Shown here: piece after piece, positions 36,129 to 48,989 of the stretch
How the letters are laid out: every line of letters begins with the position of its first letter
Position numbering within the stretch: position 1 is the first letter of the stretch
Assembly: GCF_001194135.2 (NCBI RefSeq)
Contig: NC_068981.1
Coordinates: 95,693,916-95,757,915, forward strand
DNA: 64,000 nt
Reading direction: 5' to 3'
Origin: Octopus bimaculoides
Lineage: Eukaryota
Notes under the pieces: model-generated
Seen by the model: the letters and a program-made list of their open reading frames with translations, nothing else
The model's database searches: none
Told to the model about the DNA's origin: nothing
Position numbers and translations under genes: made by a program

Positions 36129-37149
36129 GTAAGAGGTATCAAACATATTTCATCTACTTAATTTTAGAGACACAATTATTTTAATATTTACAGCTTCTTT
36201 TACCAATTTTATCAACTGTTAATTGTGGATGCTGCCGATTATTTGTTTCTTTGAGCTCTAAGTGTTTTTTCTTCTGTGGTTATTACTATTCATAATGGCT
36301 TGGTTGTTGACAATCTTGGTGGAATTTTAGCATTATATAAAAAAAATTTGTTTGATTTGCAAATGTTTATAAATCTTGGAAAAGGAATAATCAAGAAATG
36401 GAATAACAATCAAACAGCATAATGCTTCTGCAGAAAATCCACACTCCGAAAAGAAAGACCATATATGCCAATGTATAAGACATGCTTTTTCTTTTACTTC
36501 ATAAATCATCATCATCATCATCATCATCATTCAGTATCTGTTTTCCATACTGGCATGGGTTAGATGGTTTGACTAGAACTGGTAAGACAAAGAGCTGTAC
36601 CAGGTTCCAGTCTGTTTTGGCTTGGCTTCTACAGCTGAATGCCTTTTCTAATGCCAACTGGGTGTCTTGTATGTGTCACTGGCACATGTACCTTTTACGT
36701 GTCACTGGCATGGGTGCTGTTCATGTGTCACTGGCACTGACCATGACTATGATTTCACTTAACTTGATCTGTCTTCTCAAGCATAGCAAACAGCCAAAAA
36801 TCTCAGTTATTTGTCATTGTCTCCATGAGATTCAACATTCGAAGATCATAAGTGTAACAAAAAATTGCCATGTGTCTAATGTGATTGTATTATGGATGTG
36901 ATACAAAGGGTATAAGTCTATGATAAAAATCTAAATTTGTTTTTTACCACAAAACATAACATTTTCCCCACAAAAACGTAGGGGCTTGTCTTATGCAAGA
37001 GTGCATCTTATACACCAGCAAATACAGTTTAAAGACAATGTAAAAAGAATTCAATGCATCATTAATGAATATAAAATATCTTGAATTTTTACTGTTACTT
37101 GCTGGGTTGCAGGGAAGAGCATTGCACAAGATCTTTGCAAACCCTTTCT

Positions 37150-37470
37150 AAGCTGTGAAATTGGTGTCATTAACATTTTTCTTGAACTACTGCATGTCAA
37201 TACTTGTAGGAAAGAGCTGAGTAAGGCATGAATTCCAGAGTGTTAATTTACTGGGAAGGAAGGACTGGAGGTAGTGATTAGAGTGGGGCCTAAGATGTAG
37301 GACACAGCAAGGGTGATGAGAGGAGGAGAGACAAGTAGGTAAAGAATTACCTGAGTAGAGGTAGCATGAGCCCTGGCAGTTCCAAGGAGCAGAGGCTATT
37401 TTAATTGTTCCAGTCTCTAGCTCACACCTGTGGGCTAGAGACTGGAACATGTCTGTGAGTGACTTGATGT
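37150..37470 (-). mobile_element. CR1-like LINE 3' ORF remnant
   Basis: SSSHHPCCVLHLRPHSNHYLQSFLPSKLTLWNSCLTQLFPTSIDMQ*FKKNV resembles SHPxxVxxPxxRxNxYxxSFxPxTxKLWNSLPxxVFPxSYDLxxFK. Confidence 0.65.
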
Positions 37471-38312
37471 CAATCAGTCAGCTCTCTTCTGGTTGCAGTC
37501 TAGGATGTGCGTGTATAGCAGGATCGCTATCCTTGGTATAGGCACATAGCTCAGTGGTTAGAGTGTCAGGCTCACAATCATGAGGTAGTGAGTTCGATGC
37601 CTGGACTGAGCTGTGTGTTGTGTTCTTGAGCAAGACACTTTATTTCATGTTGCTCCAGTTCATTCAGCTGTAGAATTGAATTGTGACATCACTGGTGCCA
37701 AGCTGTATTGGTCTTTGCCTTTCCCTTGGATAACATTGGAAGCATGGAGAAGGGAAGCTAGTGTGCATGGGTGACTGCTGGTCTTCCATAAACAACCTTG
37801 CCTAGACTTGTGCTTCGGAGGGAAACTTTCTAGGTGTAATCCTATGGCCATTCATGACCAAAGGGAGTCTTTACTCTTTACTATTTATTCTAGGTGTAAG
37901 ATCAATATTCTATGGTGAGTTGCATCTGAGTTTTATTGAGGGACAAAGTATTTTCTAGTCCTGAAAAAAAAAGGCCAGTCATTGGAATACAGATCAAGGG
38001 TGAGGAGTAGGGAAGGTGTATTGCATGATGTTTTCTTGATAAGAGTAGCTCGTGTTTTCTTGCTGTTGAAAGAGACAAAATAGCATATTCCCACTATAGG
38101 ATGATTTTGAGGTTTCTGTTCATGGTATATGGTGGATAAAACATGGTTTATAGTGAAGAATGAAAGATAGTATCATCTCTGTAAGAATGGGTGTTGCTGG
38201 AAGTGAGGATAAGTAAGGGACAAAATCAAACTCTAAGGCATGCCAAAATTGATAGAATGAGGAATAGAAAGAAGTTTATTAACACATGCACACACACTTC
38301 CTCACATACATA

Positions 38313-38517
38313 TGAGGGGGTGCTGAAAAGTTCTTGGCTTTGGGTAAAAGAAAATGCAGGATGATCAGTTAATTATGATTTTATTCAATGTATTCTCCTC
38401 TCAGATTTACACACTTACTGCAGCAGTTTTTCAGTTTTTCTAAACCCTGTAAAAGAACTCAGAAGGTTAGGCCTTTTGCGATACCCTTAAAGCCAGGAAC
38501 TTTTCAGCACCTCCTTG
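38313..38517. mobile_element. Mariner-type MITE, second copy, inverted relative to 34629-34845
   Basis: Same TIRs (tgagggggtgctgaaaagttc / gaacttttcagcacctccttg), TA flanks, internal sequence reverse-complementary to the first copy. Confidence 0.85.
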
Positions 38518-39045
38518 TACTTGCATGCAGAGCCAATTACATGCTAAAATATGAATAGTCACAAATATTTGTGCAAGTATGTATGCAGCATTCTGACAAG
38601 AATACTGTTTATTATGCATTTATATACATTTGTCTTGAGAAGACCTGTCAAGCCAAGTGAAATCATAGTCGTGGCTGATGCCAGTGTTATGTAACAGGCA
38701 CCCATGCTGGTAGTATGTAAAAAGCATCCTTCGAATGTTGAGTCTCACAGAGGTGATAAGTGATTGAGACCTTTGGCAATATGCTGTGCTTGAAAAGACT
38801 TGTCAAACCAAGTGAAATTGTATATGTGGCCAATGCCAGTGTCACGTAAAAAGCACCCATTACACTCTGGGAGTGGTTGGTGTTAGGAAGGGCATCCAGC
38901 CATAGAAACCATGCCAAATTAGATTGGAACCTGGTGCAATTCTCCAGCTAACCAGTTTCAGTCAAACTATCTAACCCATGCCAACATGGAAAGCAGACAC
39001 TAAATGATAATGATGATTGTCTATTCCTCTTCTGTTCAAATCAAG

Positions 39046-39238
39046 GCTCGGGAGAAATACCTTAATGTTGGTCGTCTCATGAAATGCTATGAAGTCAACA
39101 TTTACAACTCATGGAGGTTTGATGTTGAAAACAAGCTGCCCAACTTACTAAAACGAAATCTGCTGACCAGGGTATCTACAAGTGAAAACCATCAAGAAGG
39201 CTCTTCACCAGTGGAACAATGTTCATCAGGAACAGCAA
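39046..39238 (+). CDS. DNAH10: DNAH10 exon 10
   Basis: tcaag|AREKYLNVGRLMKCYE...LKRNLLTR...GTA|gtaagt (phase 0-1). Confidence 0.9.
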
Positions 39239-39429
39239 GTAAGTAATCTTTTTTTTTGTTTTGATTTGATATCATCAACAACTGCAAACCACTAAATTCA
39301 CCAAAGGCAGCTACTTGGCTGAATGATTTATTACACTTTGATTCTTATTTCTAGTTGTGAGGCATAAATGTTGTTCTATTTCTTGATTAAAAATTAGTGG
39401 TTATTGATGGCTTCTTTATTTAATCATTT

Positions 39430-39840
39430 TTTTTTTACTCTTTTACTTGTTTCAGTCATTTGACTGTGGCCATGCTGGAGCACCATCTTTAGTCGAACAA
39501 ATCGACCCCAGGACTTATTCTTTGGAAGCCTAGTACTTATTCTATCGGTCTCTTTTGCCAAACCGCTAAGTTACGGGGACGTAAACACACCAGCATCGGT
39601 TGTCAAGCGATGTTGGTGGGGACAAACACAGACATGCAAACATATACACACACATACATATATATACATATATACGACGGGCTTCTTTCAGTTTCTGTCT
39701 AACCAAATCCGCTCACAAGGCTTTGGTTAGCCCAAGGCTATAATAGAAGATATTTGCCCAAGTGCCATGCAGTGGGACTGAACCCGGAACCATGTGGATG
39801 GTAAGCAAGCTACTTACCACACAACCACTCCTATGCCTAT
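39430..39840 (-). mobile_element. tRNA-derived SINE family C (also about 43935-44430 -; partial copies near 4200, 9955, 14150, 21225 and 40870)
   Basis: gtggctgtgtggtaag...ggttccgggttcagtcccactgcatggcac...gaaactgaaagaagccc, with an internal (CA/TA)n tract and tail aagtaaaagagtaaaag. Confidence 0.8.
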
Positions 39841-40368
39841 GCACAGAGAATCTGGAACTTTAAACCAAAGAGAAAATCTTTACTAACATCCTTCAGTCCT
39901 TAGTCTATTAGAATGAACTTCTCTAATTTTAACAATTACTACAACCTACTCTTGTTTTGAACTTCCTATTCCCAAATTGATATATCTGTTCTCATATAGC
40001 ATTTTTCATTGGATCTGCATCATACACTATACTTAATCCTTCAATCAAACTCTGTATTAGTTTCAAATTTTGGCACAAGGCCTGCAACTTCAGGGGAGGG
40101 GGTAAGTCGATTACATTGACCCCAGTACTCAAATGTTACTTATTTTATCAACCCCAAAAGGATGAAAGGTAAATTTGACTTCAGCAGAATTTGAACCCAG
40201 GATGTAAAGACAGATGAAATGCTGCTAAGCATTTTGCCTGGCATGCTTACAATTCTGCCAGCTTGTTGTCTTGCGGCGACCTCAACAGGAATTGAACTAA
40301 AAAGCAAAGTTGTGGAATTAAATGCTGAAATACATTTTAGCTAACATGCTAAGGATTCTGTCAACCCT

Positions 40369-40546
40369 CTGGTACAATCAAACCCTATATTAACCATACT
40401 AATATTCCCTGGTACAATCAAACCCTATATTAACCATACTAATATTCCCTGGTACAATCAAACCCTATATTAACCATGGTACATATTAAGCTGGTACAAT
40501 ATTCTCTGGTACAATCGGACCCTATATTAACCATACTAATATTCCC
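40369..40546. repeat. 40-bp minisatellite (about 4 units, one interrupted)
   Basis: Unit ctggtacaatcaaaccctatattaaccatactaatattcc at 40369, 40409, 40449 (partial) and about 40506. Confidence 0.9.
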
Positions 40547-41131
40547 AGCTTGCTCTCTTTTTCTCTGTAAGATGTGCTAAGTCATATCATTCTCTTCAGA
40601 AATAGCAATAAATTAAATGTGTTCAAGCACTCTTAGAAGCTTATGAGGGTTGGTAATTAATGTAAGTTTCTTCTATTTGGTAGAGTAAAGATAAGTCCTT
40701 TGCTGTTTATTGCATGCACTATTGTAAAAGATATGGTACAACTTCTAACAGTTTGGTGATCAGTGACATATAGAATTGAGTGTTGTGCCCAGGGACACAA
40801 TGGAATGCATTCAGTACATTTAGCTAAAGTTTATGTATTGATTGTTATTTGAAGCAATAGCAAGCAATGGGATTCCACACTGTTCCCATCTATGAAATCA
40901 ACTTACAAGGCCTGGGGTTATAGTAGAAGATATTTGTCCAAAGTGTTGTGCAGGGGAACTGAACCTGAAATTACATAGTTGCAAAGTGAGCTTCTTAACC
41001 ACACAACCATGTCTGCACCTACCACACAGTCAAATATTTTAAAGCTGATGAAATTTCCAAATTAAACTATATCAAGATTTGTTTCATTTTGTATTTCTTT
41101 TCTTATGTAGTATTTTCTTTTATTTTTTCAG

Positions 41132-41262
41132 TTAATTCAGCTAATGATTTTAAATTTATTGTGGATTTTGACTCAATGCTTCTTGAAATTATCTCTGAAA
41201 CTAAATACATGGAGCAGCTTGGGTTTCCTGTCCCTGAATTGGCACGGAATGTTGCATTGCAG
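41132..41262 (+). CDS. DNAH10: DNAH10 exon 11
   Basis: NSANDFKFIVDF...EIISETKYMEQLGFPVPELARNVALQ|gtaaaa. Confidence 0.93.
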
Positions 41263-42851
41263 GTAAAATATTTTGGATCTAACTTTGTTGGTAGATGATG
41301 GAAATAGGCATCTAGATATTTGATAGGTACCTCAAGATGGTACGACTTTTATATAATGATCTGACAGACACTGACTAATATTGACTAGAGTCATCATCAT
41401 CATCATTTAAGATCTGCTTTCCATGCTGGTATGGGTTGGATGGTTTGACATGGAGCTGCTCAGACTCCAGCTGTCTGTTGAGGTATGGTTTCTATGGCTG
41501 GATGACCTTCCTAATGCCAACCATGTAACAGTGTGCTGGGTGCTTTCTATGTGCCACTGGCATGGATGTGTTTATGCAGCACCAGTACTGGTGCATTAGC
41601 GCAGCACTGGCATGGGTGCTTTTTAAATGGCACTGGCACATGTATGTGTGGAAGACAGCGATTTTGCTTGGCCTAATGTATCTTATCAGGTACAGCAAAT
41701 TGCCACATTCCCCAGTTCCTTGTCATTTCCTCAGCGACACTCAGCATCCAAAGATCCTTTGTCACCACTTTTTTCCATGTCTTCCTGGGCCTACTCCTCC
41801 CACAATTAGAGTATGGCACTTCATTATGCAGGTGATTTGGAATAAATAGACAAAATGTTAAATCTTGATTAGATAGTTAGTAAATATTGGTTGATTAGAT
41901 ATTAATTGCATAGACAGAATTAAATGGCTAGAGAGTCTGTAGATGTTGACTAGAATAAACATGATCTGAAGATGCTCACTGAGTAGATGATGATGATGAT
42001 CATCATCATGACAATGAGGAGGAGGAAGAAGAGGAGGGAAGGGGAGAAGGAGAAAGATGAGAGAAGAGAGGATGAGGTTAGTGGTAAAAGCAGTGGTTGG
42101 TCTTGAATGTTATGATCTTAATGCAGTCAGAATGACAAGCTCCTAACAACAAATGGTGGCAGTCTTCTTCAGTTCTATGATCTGATGTCTTCTACCTTCT
42201 TTACAACCTCCACATATGGCTAGGTGTGAAGGAACTATGGATGTATAATATTCACACAAAATATTTGCAATGCAGACTTCAGTAAACAAAAAACACACTA
42301 TGTTGATCACTCTAATTTCACACATGCAGCTAACACTTACAAATACAAGCCTCCTGGGACACTGGCCACAGACTTCATCTCTGGGTAGGGAGAGGATGGA
42401 TAAAGGAGCTGAGGAAATGTCTAGAATATTTATAATTACTGATTCAGTGTGAATAAAAAGGTTGATGAATGCAATGTTATCTAATTGCAGCTCAACCCTG
42501 ATTAAGCAGACCTATGATGAAAGGCAAACTGTCTTTCTTGGGATTTGTCTTGGACTACATTATCTAATTAGTTCTTTCCTTATTCAAAGAGGTATGATTC
42601 AATTTGTGAGTGATTTGGCTATGACTTCTGGCAAATTAAGCAACTATGTAGAAACTCCCTTGGCCTGATGAATAAAATATTTAAAGTAGTGGTGTCTTTT
42701 AAAACAACTAACTGCCACAACATCATCAAGAATGTTATGTTCATTTTCTGTGCTAACTCTGTAGAAATAAAACTCTTCTTTGCATGAGACAAAGTTTGTC
42801 TATTAAATTTCCATCTTAATTATGTACAATTTTCTTTTAAATTAATTTCAG

Positions 42852-42938
42852 GAAGAAAAGTACATACGATATACTGAAAGCTTAAACAACATGTTGAAGC
42901 ATTATTATGATATACTGAGCACATTAAATTTTGCTGAG
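42852..42938 (+). CDS. DNAH10: DNAH10 exon 12
   Basis: EEKYIRYTESLNNMLKHYYDILSTLNFAE|gtttgt. Confidence 0.92.
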
Positions 42939-43561
42939 GTTTGTAGCTCTTTCCTTTTGGTTCAATTTCTTAAGTTGTCTGTATTTTCCTTCTACTCACA
43001 AAATAGCAGGGTTTCAAGGTGAAAATGAATAGTATCTAGCCTCACTCTACTCTACCTGTCAGACTAAAGAAGTTAGGTAAGAGAATACATGAGACTTGTT
43101 AGTACTGCCCCTTTTCTCCAGATTAACTAATGTAAAAATATATTACAAAAATAAAAACCTCTTATTTCATATTTGTTTGATTTAGTTATGAAATATCTTC
43201 TGTAAAATCTTTTATTCCTGCTGATTTATGTACTTCTCTGTTGTTGGTTTCTCTTGAATGTCTTGTAAAAAAGATGTTTTCTTATTCCATCCAGCCTGGA
43301 CAGGATATAGATATTACCACAAATTGTTGGAGTTATTGTGTTATGGTTGAGTATACTTCAGTTGAACCAGGCACGATTTTGTTTTTAGATCAGTAGCATG
43401 AAGAAGATAACACGTTTCATTTACTATTTAAAAATTTTTTTTTTTAAATTTAAAACACATTGTAACATATTTACTGGATTCACACAAACACCATGTTTTG
43501 ATTGATAATACTAAAGTGTTTGATTGTATTTTCATTGACTATTTTCTTACACTTATTTCAG

Positions 43562-43675
43562 GCAAGCATTCTTGAAGAACATTTGAATGAACTGCAGAAC
43601 ATCATATATGCTGGATCCAAACGACTCAACTGGAATTCTCTTAGTATTGGAGACTTCACTGTACGATGTGAATCT
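43562..43675 (+). CDS. DNAH10: DNAH10 exon 13
   Basis: ASILEEH...GSKRLNWNSLSIGDF...CES|gtgagt. Confidence 0.94.
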
Positions 43676-44969
43676 GTGAGTAGATTGTTAATATGCTGTG
43701 AGATAATCCTAGCATTTGAGATTGGAATGGAGACTGCTTCCTGGTTGTAATAGGTTCTTGGTGGGTCAAGTCTGAAATTCTTTCCTTTCACATATGTTAC
43801 ACTGCCTGTAGATATGAAAGTCACAGCTCACATTTTCCTTGAGAACAGCGATGGCAGTTGTTTATGTCTAGGTTAAGGCCCTGGGATGACTTACATATGT
43901 TATGAAATAAAAGTTTTTATACATACTGTGTTATACTCTTACTCTTTTACTCTTTTACTTGTTTCAGTCATTTGACTGCGGCCATGCTGGGGCACCGCCT
44001 TTAGTGGAGCAAATCAACCCCAGAACTTATTCTTTGTAAGCCTAGTACTTATTCTATCGGTCTCTTTTTGCCGAACCGTTAAGTTACGGGGACATAAACA
44101 CGCCAGCATCGGTTGTTATGCGAAGTTGGGGGGACAAACACAGACACACAAACATATACACACACATACATATANNNNNNNNNNNNNNNNNNNNNNNNNN
44201 NNNNNNNNNNNNNNNNNNNNNNNNNNNNNNNNNNNNNNNNNNNNNNNNNTATATATACATATATACGATGGGCTTCTTTCAGTTTCCGTCTACCAAATCC
44301 ACTCACAAGGCTTTGGTCGGCCTGAGGCTATAGTAGAAGACACTTGCCCAAGGTGCCATGCAGTGGGACTGAACCCGGAACCATGTGGTTGGTAAGTAAG
44401 CTACTTACCACACAGCCACTCCTGCGCCTATATGTATTTAGTAAAATTATCATATTAAACTAAGAATTAGCTATGCAACATGGCTAAACCAGTTTGTGTT
44501 TGGCAAATGGAATAGTTACTTTGGGATTAGACTACTACAAAGATTAAAAATTGACATCTCTATTTGAGTATACCTGTGAACAAAAAAAGGAAGAAACTAT
44601 TCCTCTTATATCTCAAGATCATAAATGTTACAACCATTCATCTCCTTTCTCTATAAATCTATAGCATTCTGCATCCTTCAAAGGTTTTCTTTATTATTAA
44701 TATGTGTTAAAGGGTGGTGAGGTGGCTGAATGATTAGAACATAAGAAAAAGTGCTTTGCAGTTTTTGTTTTAGCTGTTTGCATTTTGGGTTCAAATCTTG
44801 CCATGGTCAGTTTCTCCTTTCATCACTCTAAGTTTGATAAAATAATGCAATACCCAATTACTGGGGTCAATGATATCAATTAAACACTTCCCTCAAAATT
44901 GCTGACCTTGTGCATTAATTGGAAATCACTATCTTATGTGTTTGTATATATTTTATTGTTTCATTGCAG

Positions 44970-45110
44970 AGCTTGACAAAGTTTGAGTCTTTGGTAAACC
45001 AGATACAAAAGAATGCACGAGATATTTGTCAACGTTTAGTAGTTATTGAGAATGTTAACTTGTTTAAGACACTAATGACAAATCAGTTTGAAACACTACC
45101 AACTTGTAAG
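44970..45110 (+). CDS. DNAH10: DNAH10 exon 14
   Basis: SLTKFESLVNQIQKNA...LPTCK|gtatag. Confidence 0.94.
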
Positions 45111-45568
45111 GTATAGTTACACACATATATATATATATATATAATATTGCCATTTTATTAAGTTTCTTGAAAGGCTGTGTCTAGGAGCCTGAATTTATAT
45201 GAAAAGAATTGGCTTAAGATGTTGAAATTTAGGTCAGTTATGTTTGTTACTGACAATGCTGCTGAGGAAAAAAGATTTTAGAAATGCTTTCTTGGCCAGA
45301 AGAAATAAAATTTACAAAACCTCCAACTTTTTTGTAAAAAACCTGATGGTCATGCGGTCTATACTATTTAAAAGGACCATCTGTTCCATGAGAAAGCTTG
45401 GCCAAGCAGTTGAATAAGGCTTCTAAGGGACTTCAAATGACTATGGTATTACTTGGATAAATACTTTACAATGAGATTTTAAAAAATGACCATGAACAAA
45501 TGCATACTAGATATATTATAGCAAGGATGAAAATGAGAAAGATGAAATGACAACAAACTAATATTGTA

Positions 45569-46800
45569 TCAGGTCATCCCATAAGTTCTGTCCGAATTTT
45601 GAATAAAGAAAACAAGTGATCAAATGTTATATTTAATTGATATTTAATCATCAATGTACTTTCCCTGATTATCTATGACTTCCTTCCATCTATTTACAAG
45701 CTTTTTAATCCCATCAATGTAAAACTTTTGGTTTCAAAGAGAACAACTCTGAGATGTCAGTTTCGACCTCCTCCTGGCTTGCGAAAGTTATGTCCCCCAA
45801 ATGATTCTGTAAACTATGAAACAAATGGTAGTCTGAAGGAGCAAGGTCAGGAGAATAAGGTGGATGAGGAATCTTTTCCCAACCAAGCTCTTCGATCTTC
45901 TGTGATGTGATCTTTTCAGTGTGGGGTCACGCATTGTCCTGATGAAACATCACTCTTTTTTGATTCACTAAAGCGGGTCTTTTTTTCTTCAAAGCTTGGT
46001 TCAAATGCTCTAATTGTTAACAGTAGACTTCAGCATTGATTGTTGCATTAGGTGGTAACAATTCAAAGTGAATTATTCCTTTGCAATACCACCAAATAGA
46101 TAGAAGAACCTTTTACCCATGAAGTTCTCTTCTTGGTTGTAGTTGAGATTTTTCCCTTTTACCAAGCTACTGTTTACGATGTTTAACATTTCGATAGAAG
46201 ATCCATTTTTCATCACCAGTCACAAGTCTATCCAAAAAGGGTGAAATGAGTTCACGAGAATGGAGAGAAGAGCAGATATCAACTTGGGATTTGCGGTTGC
46301 TTTCAGACAATTCATGAGGCACCCATTTTCCAAGTTTAGGAACCTTTCCAAGTTGTTGAAGATGACAATGAACAGTTGTATGGTTTGAACTAAGCTTTAT
46401 TGCCAATTCTTCAACTGATAATGCAGGATTTTCTTCAAGTAATGCCTCAAGAAGCTTATCATCAAACTCAACTGGATGTCCTGTTCGATCTTCATCTTCA
46501 AGGCTGAAATCTTCACTTCTGAATTTTGCAAACCATCTTTTGCAAGTTTTTTCATTCAAGCATTCTTTCCCATAAACTGAGTGTATGTTTTGAGTCGCTT
46601 CGGCTTCAGAGTTTCCTTTTTTGTACTCATAAAGCATTATGCACCTCAAATGCTCTTTGGATACTTTCATGTTAGAAAGGGTTTTAATCAAAGAAATTTT
46701 AATTCTATTATTCTGTAAAATAATATTCAATTAGTTTAAATGTACACAAATGCATAAAAATAATTTTTATTCCATTAGATATTGTAAAATACAATTAAAT
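45569..46800 (-). mobile_element. Mariner transposon, nearly complete transposase with few lesions; 5' TIR missing
   Basis: MKVSKEHLRCIMLYEY...WVPHELSE...LVTGDEKW, then after a stop/frameshift KVLLSIWW...FHQDNA...HPPYSPDLAPSDY. 3' TIR next to TA at 45567-68. Confidence 0.92.
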
Positions 46801-46871
46801 TTCTGAAACCATTATTATTATTGTTGTCATTGTTATTATTATTGTTATTATTATTTAAAATTTTCAACTAG

Positions 46872-47060
46872 GAATATTTTGAATATATTGGGAAAGAAAC
46901 AAATAAAGATTTAGAAGTGTTAGTTCGCAAATACAAAGCCATTGGACCTTTGATAACCAAGATAGAAGGAATGCTGGTCCAAAGTAACACTGGGAAATCT
47001 CCCAAACTACATCAGTATTATAAATACTGGGAGAGAAGAGTCTGTGAATCAATATTAAAG
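46872..47060 (+). CDS. DNAH10: DNAH10 exon 15
   Basis: EYFEYI...AIGPLITKIEG...NTGKSPKLHQYYKYWE...ILK|gtaggt. Confidence 0.95.
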
Positions 47061-47929
47061 GTAGGTGCAGCTTGCTTTATAAATTGTCCAGTTTATACAT
47101 TATTCTGTTACTTTGTTCTACCAACTTTTGTTTTATTTTATCAAAAATGATAATTGTCTTCATACATATCGAGATTTAGCTTTATGAAACACCATGACCA
47201 CCTCCTCCTCCTCCTCCTCCTCCTCNNNNNNNNNNNNNNNNNNNNNNNNNNNNNNNNNNNNNNNNNNNNNNNNNNNNNNNNNNNNNNNNNNNNNNNNNNN
47301 NNNNNNNNNNNNNNNNNNNNNNNNNNNNNNNNNNNNNNNNNNNNNNNNNNNNNNNNNNNNNNNNNNNNNNNNNNNNNNNNNNNNNNNNNNNNNNNNNNNN
47401 NNNNNNNNNNNNNNNNNNNNNNNNNNNNNNNNNNNNNNNNNNNNNNNNNNNNNNNNNNNNNNNNNNNNNNNNNNNNNNNNNNNNNNNNNNNNNNNNNNNN
47501 NNNNNNNNNNNNNNNNNNNNNNNNNNNNNNNNNNNNNNNNNNNNNNNNNNNNNNNNNNNNNNNNNNNNNNNNNNNNNNNNNNNNNNNNNNNNNNNNNNNN
47601 NNNNNNNNNNNNNNNNNNNNNNNNNNNNNNNNNNNNNNNNNNNNNNNNNNNNNNNNNNNNNNNNNNNNNNNNNNNNNNNNNNNNNNNNNNNNNNNNNNNN
47701 NNNNNNNNNNNNNNNNNNNNNNNNNNNNNNNNNNNNNNNNNNNNNNNNNNNNNNNNNNNNNNNNNNNNNNNNNNNNNNNNNNNNNNNNNNNNCTCCTGTC
47801 ATCCCCATCCTCCTCCCTCCATCCCCTCTTCCTCCCATCCCATCTCCATCCATCCCCTCTTCCTCCATCCATCCCCACCTCCTCCATCCCCACCTCCTCC
47901 CTTCACCCCTCCTCTGAGTAGGTATTGCC

Positions 47930-48140
47930 ATGACTTTCTCTGTCATGGGCAATGCGACAATTACACGCTACACACCTTCCTTCCAAGCACTGCCGTAAAC
48001 AGTGGAAGGGATCTAGTATGTTAAAACTTAGTGCGTGTGCACAGCAGAGCTCATGGTCAATCTGTGCCAAGTGGCTTCACTCTGTATGCTTTAGCTTCAT
48101 TACTATGACAACAGTCCGGATACTTATTGATCAGACTATG
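47930..48140 (-). mobile_element. Solo left end of the mariner family seen at 8894-9734
   Basis: Aligns to 9538-9734 (caccttccttccaagcactgc...ccggatacttattgatcagac); TA at 48141-42. Confidence 0.8.
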
Positions 48141-48219
48141 TATAATACAAAACAAATACACATACATACATATGTATATACACATATATCCATGTACATA
48201 ACTGTCTATATACTTTCAG

Positions 48220-48380
48220 ATGATGACCAATAATCTGAAATATTTCAACTATTTGGTTACCTCACCAAAGCCTTTATTCTACATTGAAGCTCTTCTTGCA
48301 GCACCAGAGGTCATTCTTCACCCTTCTGCCAATGATATTTTCAACATGACCATGCAAGCTTTTAGAGACTGCATTGATGG
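48220..48380 (+). CDS. DNAH10: DNAH10 exon 16
   Basis: MMTNNLKYF...LLAAPEVILHPSAN...RDCID|gtagga (phase 0-2). Confidence 0.92.
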
Positions 48381-48989
48381 GTAGGAACATACAATTTTTT
48401 CTTTACATTCACTCTTAAACATTTCCATTGTTTTAACAGTTTCTGTTGGATTTTACTTTATACTTCCAAATTTGCTTTCTTAGTCTGACATCAATTTTCA
48501 CATGTTTAGTTATTTGCTGTAATATATATTTTAACAGCTATTTACCTTTTCTAATTTCTAACCAAAAGGCAGGTTGTATGTTTTCAGTTATATTGAGATA
48601 AACTAAATAAAGTAGTTATTTCTCTAATCCTGTTTCGTACATATTTTAAGGCCTTATGGTTTTTACTAGGCATATTCAATCTGGAACATAAAGCTATGTC
48701 ATTTTCTAATGATACTGTACACTCTCTAAATTGAAATATGATCTAGAAATTAATGATATTAAAAAAGATAATTATTTCAAATAAATACAGAATAAAAAAA
48801 AAATGTTCTAATCTGAACAATCTTCATATAAAAATAATAAACTCAGGCATATAAATATATAAATGACAATTCAATCAAAATGGTATTAATGTTCTAATGA
48901 TAAGGGGTAAAACAATTGTCTTTGCACAACATTTTTATATCCGTTTTACCAATCAATCTAATAATATGCTTTTTTGTTGGTGTTCACTT

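Noticed and set aside
36990-37030. pogo/Tigger-like terminal motif (gtcttat...gcatcttatacacc...aaatacagt)
   Set aside because: Too short and degenerate to annotate, and no partner end was found.
47141-48024. Long ORFs spanning the N gap, and many IYIY/ERER/DDDD ORFs in the track
   Set aside because: Artefacts of assembly gaps and microsatellites.
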